A stretch of DNA of 56,803 bases from Candidatus Omnitrophota bacterium (GCA_023140385.1 JAGLLT010000015.1:1-56803); one strand, 5' to 3'; numbered from the stretch's first letter, positions 16,704-26,639 are shown. The notes: a model not told the origin generated them from the letters alone. Translations and numbers: made by a program.

Positions 16704-17251
16704 TTTTTGATATGGATGGAGTAATAGTTGATAGTATGCCTTTACAATATGAGTCTTATAAAAGAGCGCTTAGTGAGGAAAATATCTCTATAACTGAAGA
16801 GGAGTTTTTCTTGTATGCCGGTAAACAGGGCAAGAAACTACTTCAAGATATAATGAATATTAAAAACGTATCTTTTGATATTAAGAAAGTATATGACAAA
16901 AAGAATAAAATTTACAGAGAATTACTAAAAGATATTAAAACCTTTCCCGATATTATTAAATTAATTAATGTTTTTATTGGAAAGTACAAATTGGCTTTGG
17001 TTTCTACGAGTTCAATTGTAAATATAAGTATAATTTTGGACAAACTAAACTTAAAAGCCAAATTTAATGTGATCTTAGGGGCGGAAGATGCGGATAGAGG
17101 CAAGCCGTCTCCCGATATATTTTTAAAGGCGGCTTCCCGCCTTGGCGCGTTGCCTGCTGAGTGTATTGTTTTTGAAGATTCAAACTATGGTATTGAGGCA
17201 GCCAAAAGAGCAGGCATGGAATATATAAGAGTAATAAAAGGGAGGCTGTAA
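16688..17251 (+). CDS. HAD-superfamily hydrolase (beta-phosphoglucomutase/phosphatase subfamily IA)
   Basis: Motif I VIFDMDGVIVDS, motif II LVSTSS, GKPSPDIF, motif III FEDSNYGIEAAKRAGM. Confidence 0.8.
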   Translation: MYKAVIFDMDGVIVDSMPLQYESYKRALSEENISITEEEFFLYAGKQGKKLLQDIMNIKNVSFDIKKVYDKKNKIYRELLKDIKTFPDIIKLINVFIGKYKLALVSTSSIVNISIILDKLNLKAKFNVILGAEDADRGKPSPDIFLKAASRLGALPAECIVFEDSNYGIEAAKRAGMEYIRVIKGRL

Positions 17252-17293
17252 TTTTAAGAACAGTGAAGGGCGGCAGCTTGAAGGAAGGTTAAG

Positions 17294-18349
17294 ATGAGAA
17301 TAATTATTTATGATTATAAAATAGACTCCCAATCATCTTTATTTATTAAATTAAACAACAAGTATATTATTAGCCATTTACTTGAGTTTGCGGAAGGAAT
17401 TATTTCGAGGCAGGTAGTTTTTTGCTGCGAACAATCTCAGGAGATAGAGCAATTTATAGAGAAGTCAAATTTTAGAAATAAAGCTGATATTAAAGTGGTT
17501 AATTGTGTAGATGTTAAGCCCGCAGACATCATTCTAAAAGCCAATTGGATTTATGATAAGAGGTATTTAAGGAAATTAATAAAGCGTAAAAACACAGATA
17601 TTTCTTTAGCAGTTGTCTGGAAAATAGAGAAGCAAAGCGATGTAAAAAGAGCGGAAGAATTTTTAAGCAGAGAAGATTGGAACCCCATAGGTAGATATAT
17701 AAATGTCAAATTAGGAAAAATTATAGCAAGAGCTTTAGCTAAAAAACAATTAGTTCCCAATCAAATAACTATTCTTTCTTTTGTTTTTTCTATTTTAGCA
17801 GCATTATTTTTTGCTACAAATAAATATCCTCTTCTTATTTTGGCCGCCGTTTTTGTGCAGGTTCACTTTACGCTGGATGTAGCAGACGGGCATCTTGCCC
17901 GCCTGAAAAACTCGACTTCAGAGTTTGGAAGCTGGTTAGACAGTATAGTGGGCAGGATTACCGATATCTTATGGTATACAGGAATTTGCTGGGGCCTTTA
18001 TTTGAAATACAATCACAGCGGCTTTCTCCTTTTGGGAATTTTTGTAGTTTTGGGTAATTTTATGATTTCTTATATTGCTTATCTTAAAAAGACTTATTTG
18101 GGAATGGAAGCTGAGATTGTTCATAGTGAAGGAGCAGAGCATCCATCGTCCAGGAGAAACGCGGCTAAGGCCATTTATTGGTTTTTAGAACAATGGGATG
18201 TTAGGGCTTATATTATTACCTTATTTGCCATTTTAAATAGACTGGAAATCGCCCTTATTTATTTTGCGTTGGATTATAATGTTCGCTGGATTTATAATTG
18301 CATCAAAGTTATATCCTTACGTTACTTTTCAAGAAAACAAATAGATTAA
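17294..18349 (+). CDS. CDP-alcohol phosphatidyltransferase-like membrane protein with ~130-aa soluble N-terminal domain, paralog 1
   Basis: LDVADGHLARLKNSTSEFGSWLDSIVG gives DxxDGxxAR-x8-G-x3-D, but the final Asp of the canonical motif is Gly. About 6 TM helices. Collinear with 20604-21629 and 23558-24583. Confidence 0.7.
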   Translation: MRIIIYDYKIDSQSSLFIKLNNKYIISHLLEFAEGIISRQVVFCCEQSQEIEQFIEKSNFRNKADIKVVNCVDVKPADIILKANWIYDKRYLRKLIKRKNTDISLAVVWKIEKQSDVKRAEEFLSREDWNPIGRYINVKLGKIIARALAKKQLVPNQITILSFVFSILAALFFATNKYPLLILAAVFVQVHFTLDVADGHLARLKNSTSEFGSWLDSIVGRITDILWYTGICWGLYLKYNHSGFLLLGIFVVLGNFMISYIAYLKKTYLGMEAEIVHSEGAEHPSSRRNAAKAIYWFLEQWDVRAYIITLFAILNRLEIALIYFALDYNVRWIYNCIKVISLRYFSRKQID

Positions 18350-18361
18350 AGGTAATAAGCT

Positions 18362-19675
18362 GTGAATATAACAAAACACTCTGTAATTAATTTTTGTTCT
18401 TCAATTATAATTTTTATTTTTAATTTAGCCATCGGCATTATGATTGCCAAAACCTTAGGGCCTGAAGGCAGAGGTGTGTATTTCCTGGTTTTTATGATTG
18501 CCGCTACAAGTTTCTCCGTGGTTAATTCTTCCCTTTCTTCCGCGGCGGTATATTACATAGGAACTAAAAAATATAGTTTGTCGGACATTATAACAAATTG
18601 TACCGTCTTATCACTTTTCTTGGGAGTAATTGGTATTGGTTTGGTATGCGTCTTTTTTAAGTTCATTTCAATTCATTTCTTGAAAGATGTAAACCCGCTC
18701 CATCTAAAAGTTGCTCTTCTTTTCATTCCTTTAAGTTTGCTGAGCACGTCTTTTGCTTCCATTTTTATGGGCATGGATGATATCCCCAAGTATAATCTAA
18801 TTATGATTGTTAGAGCGGGCCTGAGCGCGTTCTTCATTACCATAGTCTGCTTTTTTTCTCGAGATATTCTATTGTTTATAATGGCGAATTTATTGGCTCT
18901 TGGCATCACTTGTCTGTTCGCGGCGATTTTATTGTCCCGCTATTTTAAAAGAAGAGTTTATTTAAATTTTCGCTTAATAAAAGATGTTTTAATCTTTGGC
19001 TGGAAGGGGCATTTCGGCCAAACCCTTTTCAGTATAGTAAACCGTTTAGATTCTTATCTGATAAAGTTCTTTTTGGGAAGCGCTTTTCTTGGTTTTTATT
19101 CAGTTTCTCTTGCCGTAGAGGGCTTGTGGTCTATATCTACGTCTATGGGAATTGCCTTGTTCCCTAAAGTATCTTCTTCGCTTCTTGAAGATAAAAACGG
19201 ACAAACCATGGCCGTTACCAGGCACGGGTTTTTTCTTACTTGTTTATTTTGCCTTATGTTTTTTATTTTCAGCCGGCCTTTTGTTAAGATATTATATGGT
19301 GATGTTTTTTTACCTGCCGTCGCTCCCTTATGCCTTCTCTTGCCCGGCGTGGCTTTTTTAAGTATTACTAAGACGCTAAAGCCCTATTTATCCGGCATAG
19401 GAAAACCGCAAATTGCCACTTATTCTTCAATGGTAACAATTTTAGTTTGCGTCTTCTTAAACTTATTGTTTATTCCCAGACTGGGGATTAAAGGCGCCGC
19501 CTTAGCAACTACATGTTCTTACTTAACTTATACCGCTATAATCTTGGCCGCCTTTCTAAAGATAAGCGGATGTAGATTAGTTGACACGATTTTTATAAAA
19601 AAGCGGGATTTTTTAATGTATAGTAATTTTATACTTAAGTTATGCCGCGTTTTTCAGAAAGCGAAAACATTGTAA
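18362..19675 (+). CDS. Polysaccharide flippase (Wzx / MOP superfamily)
   Basis: 437 aa, at least 12 hydrophobic helices, typical length and context. Confidence 0.7.
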   Translation: MNITKHSVINFCSSIIIFIFNLAIGIMIAKTLGPEGRGVYFLVFMIAATSFSVVNSSLSSAAVYYIGTKKYSLSDIITNCTVLSLFLGVIGIGLVCVFFKFISIHFLKDVNPLHLKVALLFIPLSLLSTSFASIFMGMDDIPKYNLIMIVRAGLSAFFITIVCFFSRDILLFIMANLLALGITCLFAAILLSRYFKRRVYLNFRLIKDVLIFGWKGHFGQTLFSIVNRLDSYLIKFFLGSAFLGFYSVSLAVEGLWSISTSMGIALFPKVSSSLLEDKNGQTMAVTRHGFFLTCLFCLMFFIFSRPFVKILYGDVFLPAVAPLCLLLPGVAFLSITKTLKPYLSGIGKPQIATYSSMVTILVCVFLNLLFIPRLGIKGAALATTCSYLTYTAIILAAFLKISGCRLVDTIFIKKRDFLMYSNFILKLCRVFQKAKTL

Positions 19676-19683
19676 AGGACGCT

Positions 19684-20529
19684 ATGGAACTTAAAAAGCC
19701 TTTTGATATTAGTAAGGGTAGTATCTACGATTTGTTATATTTACGCTATCCGGATAAAATTCTATCTTTTGCCGATAGATATCTGGTCTGGCGAAGGATG
19801 GACTCAACTATAAAGTGTTTTCGCGGAGCGGTTAGAAAAGGAAAGAGAAAAAAAATTAATGTTTTGGATGTTGGCTGCGGCCGGGGACGTCTTACTTTTA
19901 GTCTAGAAGAGGCGGCCGGCAAGGATTATGATATGCGTGTTAATGGAATTGACACTTACAAACCGGCTATAGATTCCGCCAACATCAGAAAGAAAGATCT
20001 TAATAGAGATAAATATCATTTTGAACTGATGGACGCCCGTAATTTGAAGTTCAAAGATGACTTCTTTGACATAATAATATGTTCAGAAGTGATTGAACAT
20101 CTTGAAAATCCTCAATTGGCTATAAAAGAAATATACCGGGTACTTAAAAAAGGCGGATTAGCCATTATTTCAACACCCAATAAGAGGGAAGACGCGTTAA
20201 CTAAAATTGTTAAGGTTGTATTTGAAAAGCTTTTTAATTATAAAAAGGCTGAATTATCCGAAGATATGGAAAATGAGTGTTCTATGTTAAAACACGCGGC
20301 AATCTATCATATCTCTGTCAAAAATCATAAAGAATGGACAAAAATTTTTAAACAATGCGAGTTCTCTTTAGAGACAAAAATTGGCACGGGGGGCATGCTC
20401 TGTAATCGTAAGTTTCTTGAAGAACATCGCCTTCTTTTTGGACTAATGGTCATTTTTGATACTCTTTTAGAAAACGCGCCTTTTTCTTGTCTTTGGTCGG
20501 AAATAGCGCTTTTTGTATTGAAAAAATAA
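19684..20529 (+). CDS. Class I SAM-dependent methyltransferase
   Basis: VLDVGCGRGRL motif I and DIIICSEVIEHL. I prefer the ATG at 19684, just after the flippase stop, over the ORF-track start at 19642. Confidence 0.75.
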   Translation: MELKKPFDISKGSIYDLLYLRYPDKILSFADRYLVWRRMDSTIKCFRGAVRKGKRKKINVLDVGCGRGRLTFSLEEAAGKDYDMRVNGIDTYKPAIDSANIRKKDLNRDKYHFELMDARNLKFKDDFFDIIICSEVIEHLENPQLAIKEIYRVLKKGGLAIISTPNKREDALTKIVKVVFEKLFNYKKAELSEDMENECSMLKHAAIYHISVKNHKEWTKIFKQCEFSLETKIGTGGMLCNRKFLEEHRLLFGLMVIFDTLLENAPFSCLWSEIALFVLKK

Positions 20530-20603
20530 ATAGCCGTGAAAGATATTTCAGTTACACTAATTGAAGTTATGCGGTTTCACAAAGAGGTTAAAAAACAGTG
20601 CGG

Positions 20604-21629
20604 ATGAAGTTGGTTATCTACGATTATAAAATAGATTCAGAATGTTGTTTTTTTATGAGTATTAACTCTGAATTAGCGCTGGATTGGTTTATTGAGTTTA
20701 TTAAAGAAGTTTCTTTTGAGGAGGTCATATTTTGTACTGAGGAAACTGAAAGGACAAGGCAATCTATTGAGGCCAAACTTGGTAAAAGGCCGGATATTCA
20801 AATAGTTAGTTCGTTAGATTCTCCCGCCGGAGTTTTGACGTTAAAAGCAAATTATATCTATGATAGGAGAAGGCTAACAAAACTTATAAGAAAAGGAGCT
20901 GTTAATCTGTCTCCAGCCATTCTGTGGGAGATAAAGAATAAGAGGGATGTTAAGAATGCCGAAGCTGCCTTAGATAGAATAAGAAATTTCCCTATTGGCA
21001 GGTATATAAATCTGCCGCTTGCCAAAGCGATGGACGCGCGCCTTGTTAAAACTTCGGTTACTCCCAATCAACTTACTTTTATTTCTTTGGCGCTTGGTAT
21101 CTTGGGGGCCCTTTGCTTTGCTTCCCATGCTTACGGCCTTCTTATTCTGGCGGCTATTTTTATTCAATTGCATTACATCTTAGATTTTGCCGACGGGCAC
21201 CTCGCGCGCCTTAGGGGCACAGCCTCGGGATTTGGAGCATTTTTGGATGGTATGACGAATAAAGTTGTTGAGAGCTTTTGTTATGTAGGAATTTCCTATG
21301 GTTTATTTATGAAATATGACCGTATCTTTTTTCTTATCATCGGATTATTAGTTATTGTAGGACATTTTATGATAGATTACATTAGTTTTTTAAGGGAGGC
21401 ATGCTTTGGGAGGAATTTTAGTTACAGCTATCATGTTGCTGATAAAAAGCGACTGTTCAGAGCGGTAAAGAAGGTTTATTGGTTTTTAGAACAGGGGGAT
21501 GTTCGTTTTTATATAATTAGTATTTTTGCTGTTTTGAATAAGTTAGAGATAGCCGTTATTTACTTTGCTATAGACTTTAATGCCAGGTGGATTTTTAATG
21601 TGGTTAAGGTGATTTGCCGCAAATTCTAA
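20604..21629 (+). CDS. CDP-alcohol phosphatidyltransferase-like membrane protein, paralog 2
   Basis: LDFADGHLARLRGTASGFGAFLDGMTN, with the last Asp replaced by Asn. I prefer the ATG at 20604 (MKLVIYDYKIDS) by analogy with the paralog N-termini. Confidence 0.7.
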   Translation: MKLVIYDYKIDSECCFFMSINSELALDWFIEFIKEVSFEEVIFCTEETERTRQSIEAKLGKRPDIQIVSSLDSPAGVLTLKANYIYDRRRLTKLIRKGAVNLSPAILWEIKNKRDVKNAEAALDRIRNFPIGRYINLPLAKAMDARLVKTSVTPNQLTFISLALGILGALCFASHAYGLLILAAIFIQLHYILDFADGHLARLRGTASGFGAFLDGMTNKVVESFCYVGISYGLFMKYDRIFFLIIGLLVIVGHFMIDYISFLREACFGRNFSYSYHVADKKRLFRAVKKVYWFLEQGDVRFYIISIFAVLNKLEIAVIYFAIDFNARWIFNVVKVICRKF

Positions 21630-22768
21630 TGAAAAAAATTCTTATAATTCCTCATCATCCGGATTTTTCTGAAATAAAGATTAGGCTTGTAGAAATAGCT
21701 AAGGCCCTTACTAAGCACTATGAAGTCTATCTTGTCAGTTGGCAAACAGCATCGGAAGAATATTCCTGGCAAAGCAGACTTTTATCGGCTGTAAAGAATA
21801 TCTTTCCCAAAAGTAAACCGTATAAGAAAGGAGAGATTAATGTTGTAGAAGTTCCTATTCTTCACAGGCCATTGCGTATAGCTTGCGCTTTTAATTCGTT
21901 CTGGCTTAAAAATATTATAAAGAGAGAAAAGGTAGATATTGTAATAAACGGTTCTTTCTATATGTTTAATATCTCACCAAAAGGAAAATTTAAGTATATT
22001 TTTGATCTGGCCGATTTGCCGGCCGGAGGCGGTAGTCATTTTAGCAAATTTGTTAAGGAGCAGCTTAAAAGAGAATTTAAAAAGGTAAACGCTGTAATTG
22101 CCGCCTCAAAAGGGTTAGCGGGTTATGTCTTAGAGAATTACCGGAAAAAAGCTTTCTTTGTGCCAAACGGCGCTGACATAAAAAAGATTCGTTCCGTAAA
22201 GCAGGAAAATATAGATGAAATACGCAAACAGTACAACCTCTATGGAAAGTGGATTATAGGATATATTGGTTACATTGGAGAGTGGGTCAATGTTGAATTA
22301 GTGGTTAAAGCCTTCGAAGAAGTAAAAAAATATGTGCCGCGGGCACTTTTATTCTGGATAGGCGCATCCCCAAATATGAGAAAATTAAGGAAATTATACG
22401 AAAAAGATGATGTTATCTTTGCCGGAGGAGTAGCAAAGGAGAATATAGAAGCTTATTTTAATTTGTTAGATTTAGCTGTTGTACCTACCAGAAAAAGTCT
22501 ATTCCAGGATTTAGCTTTCCATATAAAACTTATAGAATATTCCGCGGCAAGAAAATTTGTCATTTCCACCCCGCTAGAAGGAACTAAAGTGATGAATTTT
22601 CCAAACGTAATTTTTGCTTCTGAAAATACAGAAGACTGGGTGAGGGCTATTAAAAAAGCTCAGCAGATGCAATGGCGGATGGAATGGGATGGTTTATTTG
22701 AGAATTATAGCTGGGCAAAAATTGCCAATACATTAACGGGAATTATTGAAAATCATGAAAGCGAATAA
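21629..22768 (+). CDS. GT-B fold glycosyltransferase (GT4-like)
   Basis: Length and C-terminal pattern (VIFAGGV ... LDLAVVPT ... KLIEYSAARKFVISTP) fit the Glycos_transf_1 type. The ATG overlaps the upstream TAA (TAATG). Confidence 0.6.
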   Translation: MKKILIIPHHPDFSEIKIRLVEIAKALTKHYEVYLVSWQTASEEYSWQSRLLSAVKNIFPKSKPYKKGEINVVEVPILHRPLRIACAFNSFWLKNIIKREKVDIVINGSFYMFNISPKGKFKYIFDLADLPAGGGSHFSKFVKEQLKREFKKVNAVIAASKGLAGYVLENYRKKAFFVPNGADIKKIRSVKQENIDEIRKQYNLYGKWIIGYIGYIGEWVNVELVVKAFEEVKKYVPRALLFWIGASPNMRKLRKLYEKDDVIFAGGVAKENIEAYFNLLDLAVVPTRKSLFQDLAFHIKLIEYSAARKFVISTPLEGTKVMNFPNVIFASENTEDWVRAIKKAQQMQWRMEWDGLFENYSWAKIANTLTGIIENHESE

Positions 22769-23504
22769 GCAAAATTGCTATTCAAAATTTTGGAAAAAGA
22801 GAGCAGAGCGTTATAACGCGTTAGAATGGGCCAATCATCAATCATATTTAAACGCATTTGCGCAAGCGGGGGATTTTAAAAAGACTGATATTGTGTTGGA
22901 TGTTGGAACCGGAACCGGTATCGTTGCTCACGTAATTTCACCACGCGTAAAACAAGTCATCGGATTGGACAAATCGCAGGATATGTTAGAACATAGTAAT
23001 TGGTATGAAAATATGTATTTTATCAGAAGGGACATATTGAATCCAATATTCAAAGACGGGGTATTTGATAAAGTAACCGCAAGGCAGGTGTTCCATCATA
23101 TTTTAGAAGGAACACAGGAAGCGATGGATGAATGTTACCGCGTGTTAAAGAGCGGCGGAAAGATGATATTTTCAGAAGGCATTCCACCCTCGGAAGAGGT
23201 TAAAGAAGATTATATTAAGATATTTAAATTAAAAGAAAAACGATTGACATTTATGGAAGAAGATTTAATCGCGTTAATGGAAAAAGCGGGGTTTAAAAAT
23301 ATTAAACTCAATGTTTTATGGTTAAGACGGATGAGTGTAAAAAATTGGCTTATAAATAGCGGCCTGCCGCAATCTACGCAAGATAAAATATTCAAGCTCC
23401 ATGTAAATGCCGCGGATTACTTCAAAAAGGTTTACAATCTGACGGAAAACGGAGGAGATTGTTTGATAGATATGAAAATGGTAATACTGGAAGGGGAAAA
23501 ATGA
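22755..23504 (+). CDS. Class I SAM-dependent methyltransferase
   Basis: VLDVGTGTGIV motif I, FDKVTARQVFHH, LKSGGKMIF. Confidence 0.75.
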   Translation: MKANKQNCYSKFWKKRAERYNALEWANHQSYLNAFAQAGDFKKTDIVLDVGTGTGIVAHVISPRVKQVIGLDKSQDMLEHSNWYENMYFIRRDILNPIFKDGVFDKVTARQVFHHILEGTQEAMDECYRVLKSGGKMIFSEGIPPSEEVKEDYIKIFKLKEKRLTFMEEDLIALMEKAGFKNIKLNVLWLRRMSVKNWLINSGLPQSTQDKIFKLHVNAADYFKKVYNLTENGGDCLIDMKMVILEGEK

Positions 23505-23557
23505 ATACAGAGGAGCGCATAAGTGAAAGTATTGATTAAACGCGGGAGGAGTAATTT

Positions 23558-24583
23558 GTGAAAATTGTTATTGTTGATTATCCTATAGAGCAAAAATCAT
23601 GCCTTTTTCTTCGTGTAGATTCCAAAAGATTGTTGGAATATTTTATTGACATTGCCAAAGAAATATCCGCTAAAGCGTTGAAGATTTCCAGTCCCTATGT
23701 TGAAGATATTCGTGAAATAACTGAAAGAAAAGGTATTTCCGTAGAGTTTATAAAACCTGAAGAAATAAATTCCTCCGATGTTATCTTAGAAGGAAATTGT
23801 CTTTATAATAAAAGAGTATTAACTAAATTGATAAAGAAAAAGCCTTATGATTTTTCCAAAGCTATTCTGTGGAGAATTAAAACCCCGGCAGATACCCAAA
23901 GAGCTTGTGAAACTTTGAGGCGGGAAAACAGATTTATTATCAGCAGGTATTTTATGTTGAGGTGGGGAAGGGGACTGGCCCGATTCCTCAATTCTACTTC
24001 TATAACGCCTAATCAGGTGACTTTACTTTCTTTACTTGCGGCAATTTTTGCCGCTTTGTGTTTTGCCTCAGGCCAGTATAAATTTTTTATATTGGGGGCA
24101 TTTTTTCTTTTATTATACGGCACCCTGGATTTTACTGATGGGCAGTTAGCCCGCTTGAAGAACATGGACTCCGATTTTGGAAAATACCTTGATACAATTG
24201 TAGGAATGTTAGCCCAAAGTACCATGCACGCCGGTATTGCCTGGGGTCTTTTTTTGAAACACTCGCACTCAATTTTTATTTTGTTAGGTTATATGGTCAT
24301 CATTTTTGATTTTATGTATAATTATATAATTTCTACTACGAAATTACAATCTGCCGAAGATAAAAAATTTAAAGAAAAGGGAATGAGATGGCTGCCGCGG
24401 TTAAAGAAAATTAATGATATTTTTTATTCCTGGGATATCAGATTGTATCTTTTCGTCATTTTTGTAATTATTGATAAACTGCAGATTATATTTTTATTTT
24501 ACGCGGTATATTTCGCTATGTTGTTTTTTTACCAGGTTATAAAAAGATACAGTTTTCAAAATAAAAGAGATATTGTTGTATAA
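23558..24583 (+). CDS. CDP-alcohol phosphatidyltransferase-like membrane protein, paralog 3
   Basis: LDFTDGQLARLKNMDSDFGKYLDTIVG, with the last Asp replaced by Gly. GTG start preceded by GGGAGGAG. Confidence 0.7.
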   Translation: MKIVIVDYPIEQKSCLFLRVDSKRLLEYFIDIAKEISAKALKISSPYVEDIREITERKGISVEFIKPEEINSSDVILEGNCLYNKRVLTKLIKKKPYDFSKAILWRIKTPADTQRACETLRRENRFIISRYFMLRWGRGLARFLNSTSITPNQVTLLSLLAAIFAALCFASGQYKFFILGAFFLLLYGTLDFTDGQLARLKNMDSDFGKYLDTIVGMLAQSTMHAGIAWGLFLKHSHSIFILLGYMVIIFDFMYNYIISTTKLQSAEDKKFKEKGMRWLPRLKKINDIFYSWDIRLYLFVIFVIIDKLQIIFLFYAVYFAMLFFYQVIKRYSFQNKRDIVV

Positions 24584-24633
24584 AGACGTGCTACAAGAAG
24601 AGTCAAATCAGATAATTATAATGAGAAAGAAAA

Positions 24634-25455
24634 ATGGCAATTAAATATATAAACTGTAATCTTTGCGGTCAAAATAGTTTCACAGTTCTGGAAACTGATG
24701 AAATCTATCAGGTGGTTAAATGTAAAAATTGTAAATTAATCTATGTAAATCCTCAACCGGACAAAACTCTGCTTTTTGAGCATTATAATCAAAAGTATTT
24801 TGACCCGTGGCTAAAAGAACAATTTACCGCTCGCGAGAAGATGTGGAAGAAGAGATTAAAGAAAGTCCAAGCCTTAAAAAAAGCGGGAAGGCTGTTAGAT
24901 GTTGGGTGCGGCACCGGCTTGTTCCTGAGTCAGGCAAGAAATAGTGGTTGGGATGTATATGGCACAGAGGTATCCGGTTTTGCCGTAGACTATATTAAGA
25001 ATAAATTTGGCATAGGGGTACTCAAGGGGAAGCTCCGAGATGCCAAGTTTCCTGATAATTTTTTCGATGTTGTTACTTTTTGGCACGTTTTAGAACATAC
25101 TGCGGATCCTTTGGGCAATTTAACTGAAGCGCGAAGAATTTTAAAACCCGGCGGCGTAGTGGTGATTGCCGTGCCAAATGCGCATAATATTATTTACAAA
25201 ACCATCTATATGCTGATTAAACTGCGTAAACTTAGATTGTTTTCTATAAATGACAGAGAAAAACATCTTTATTATTTTTCCACCGGTACTTTAAAAAAAA
25301 TAATAGAGAAAGCAAATCTTATCCCCGTAAAGTTAGACGCGGATAAAGAAAGAATCATACTTGGTGAACGCATTATTGATACTTTCGCCTGGATTGTGTA
25401 TAAAATTTTAAAAGTTAATTTTGGTATGGCAATTGAAGTTTATGCAAGGAAATAG
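24634..25455 (+). CDS. SAM-dependent methyltransferase with N-terminal CxxC...CxxC zinc ribbon (paralog set A, member 1)
   Basis: CNLCGQ...CKNCKLIYVNP, then LLDVGCGTGLF and VTFWHVLEH. Confidence 0.75.
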   Translation: MAIKYINCNLCGQNSFTVLETDEIYQVVKCKNCKLIYVNPQPDKTLLFEHYNQKYFDPWLKEQFTAREKMWKKRLKKVQALKKAGRLLDVGCGTGLFLSQARNSGWDVYGTEVSGFAVDYIKNKFGIGVLKGKLRDAKFPDNFFDVVTFWHVLEHTADPLGNLTEARRILKPGGVVVIAVPNAHNIIYKTIYMLIKLRKLRLFSINDREKHLYYFSTGTLKKIIEKANLIPVKLDADKERIILGERIIDTFAWIVYKILKVNFGMAIEVYARK

Positions 25456-25465
25456 TAGGTTACCT

Positions 25466-26614
25466 ATGCGTCATAAGATTATCTGGCCGGTTATAAGAAA
25501 GATATTGTATTTGCTATGTACGGCTATTTTAAAAGGTTTGTCTTATTTATTTTTTTGGATAGGCCTCAAAACCCCGGATTTAAAAAATGTACATAGGATT
25601 TTGTTGATTAAGACGGAGCGCATAGGAGATTTAGTTCTTTCTACACCGGCTATCCGGGCCATTAAGCAGAATTTTCCTCGAGCCTCTGTCAGCATAATAA
25701 TCAATTCTTACACTAAGGCGATAGTGGAAAACGACCCGCATCTGGATGAGATTATAGTTTATGATGTTAAAGGGGCGCATAAAAGCCTGATAGAAAAAAT
25801 ACGTTTTATTAAAGATCTGCGTAAAAAAAAATTTGATATAGCGGTTGATTTAAACACGCGGCCTTTTTTCTTTCTGCCTGTTTGGCTATTATGTTTAAGC
25901 GCGGCAAAAATTACTTTAGGTTTAGATAATTTTGGCCGGGGCCTTTTTTATAACATAAAAGTAAAGCCACGGCGGAAGCCAAGGCCCTTAACCGAAGAAG
26001 TGTTACATATTCTTTCTCCTTTAGGAATAAGTACCCCTGATAGACAGCTTAGGCTTTTTCTTCGCGAAGAAGACAAGGTTTATATTCAAAAATACTTAAA
26101 CGAAAAAGGTGTAAGGAAAAATGATTTAGTAGTAGGTATTCACCCGGGCGGATATTATGAGACCTTGCGCTGGGTAGAAGATGGATATGCCAAAGTAACG
26201 CAACACCTGATTAAAGAACGCAAGGCTAAAGTTTTCTTTGTAGGCAATCGTAAAGAAAGAGATTTAGTGGATAGGATAACAGCCTTGACAAATGGGGGGC
26301 CAATCAATTTGGCGGGCAAGATTACTCTTGGTCAGCTTATGGCTATAATCTCAAGATGTAATCTTTTTATTGGTAATAGTTCCGGCCCCCTGAACATAGC
26401 CCTGGGCTTTGGCATTTCTACCATTTCTTTTTTAGGCCCCAGCATTCCCGAAAGATGGCGGCCATCCGGTGAGAAAAATATTGTTTTTAGAAAAGATTTG
26501 CCCTGCAGTCCATGTGAATCAGGCTACTGCCGGAGAAGAGATTTTGCCTGTATGAAAAAAATTAAGCCCGAAGAGGTAATAGAGGCCGTAAATAGGCAGT
26601 TAGAAAAAAGATGA
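25466..26614 (+). CDS. GT9-family glycosyltransferase (heptosyltransferase-like)
   Basis: ILLIKTERIGDLVLSTPAIRAIKQNFP and GNSSGPLNIA are typical of GT9. Start uncertain among 25421, 25442 and 25466. Confidence 0.7.
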   Translation: MRHKIIWPVIRKILYLLCTAILKGLSYLFFWIGLKTPDLKNVHRILLIKTERIGDLVLSTPAIRAIKQNFPRASVSIIINSYTKAIVENDPHLDEIIVYDVKGAHKSLIEKIRFIKDLRKKKFDIAVDLNTRPFFFLPVWLLCLSAAKITLGLDNFGRGLFYNIKVKPRRKPRPLTEEVLHILSPLGISTPDRQLRLFLREEDKVYIQKYLNEKGVRKNDLVVGIHPGGYYETLRWVEDGYAKVTQHLIKERKAKVFFVGNRKERDLVDRITALTNGGPINLAGKITLGQLMAIISRCNLFIGNSSGPLNIALGFGISTISFLGPSIPERWRPSGEKNIVFRKDLPCSPCESGYCRRRDFACMKKIKPEEVIEAVNRQLEKR

Positions 26615-26639
26615 CTTCGCGTTAACTTAAGGATAAGAA

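Noticed and set aside
17551-24225. Recurring ~69-aa minus-strand ORFs at equivalent positions in all three CDP-alcohol transferase paralogs (17551-17760, 20858-21067, 24013-24225)
   Set aside because: Their recurrence reflects the paralogy of the sense genes rather than an independent conserved antisense gene. They show no start or RBS signals or recognisable features.
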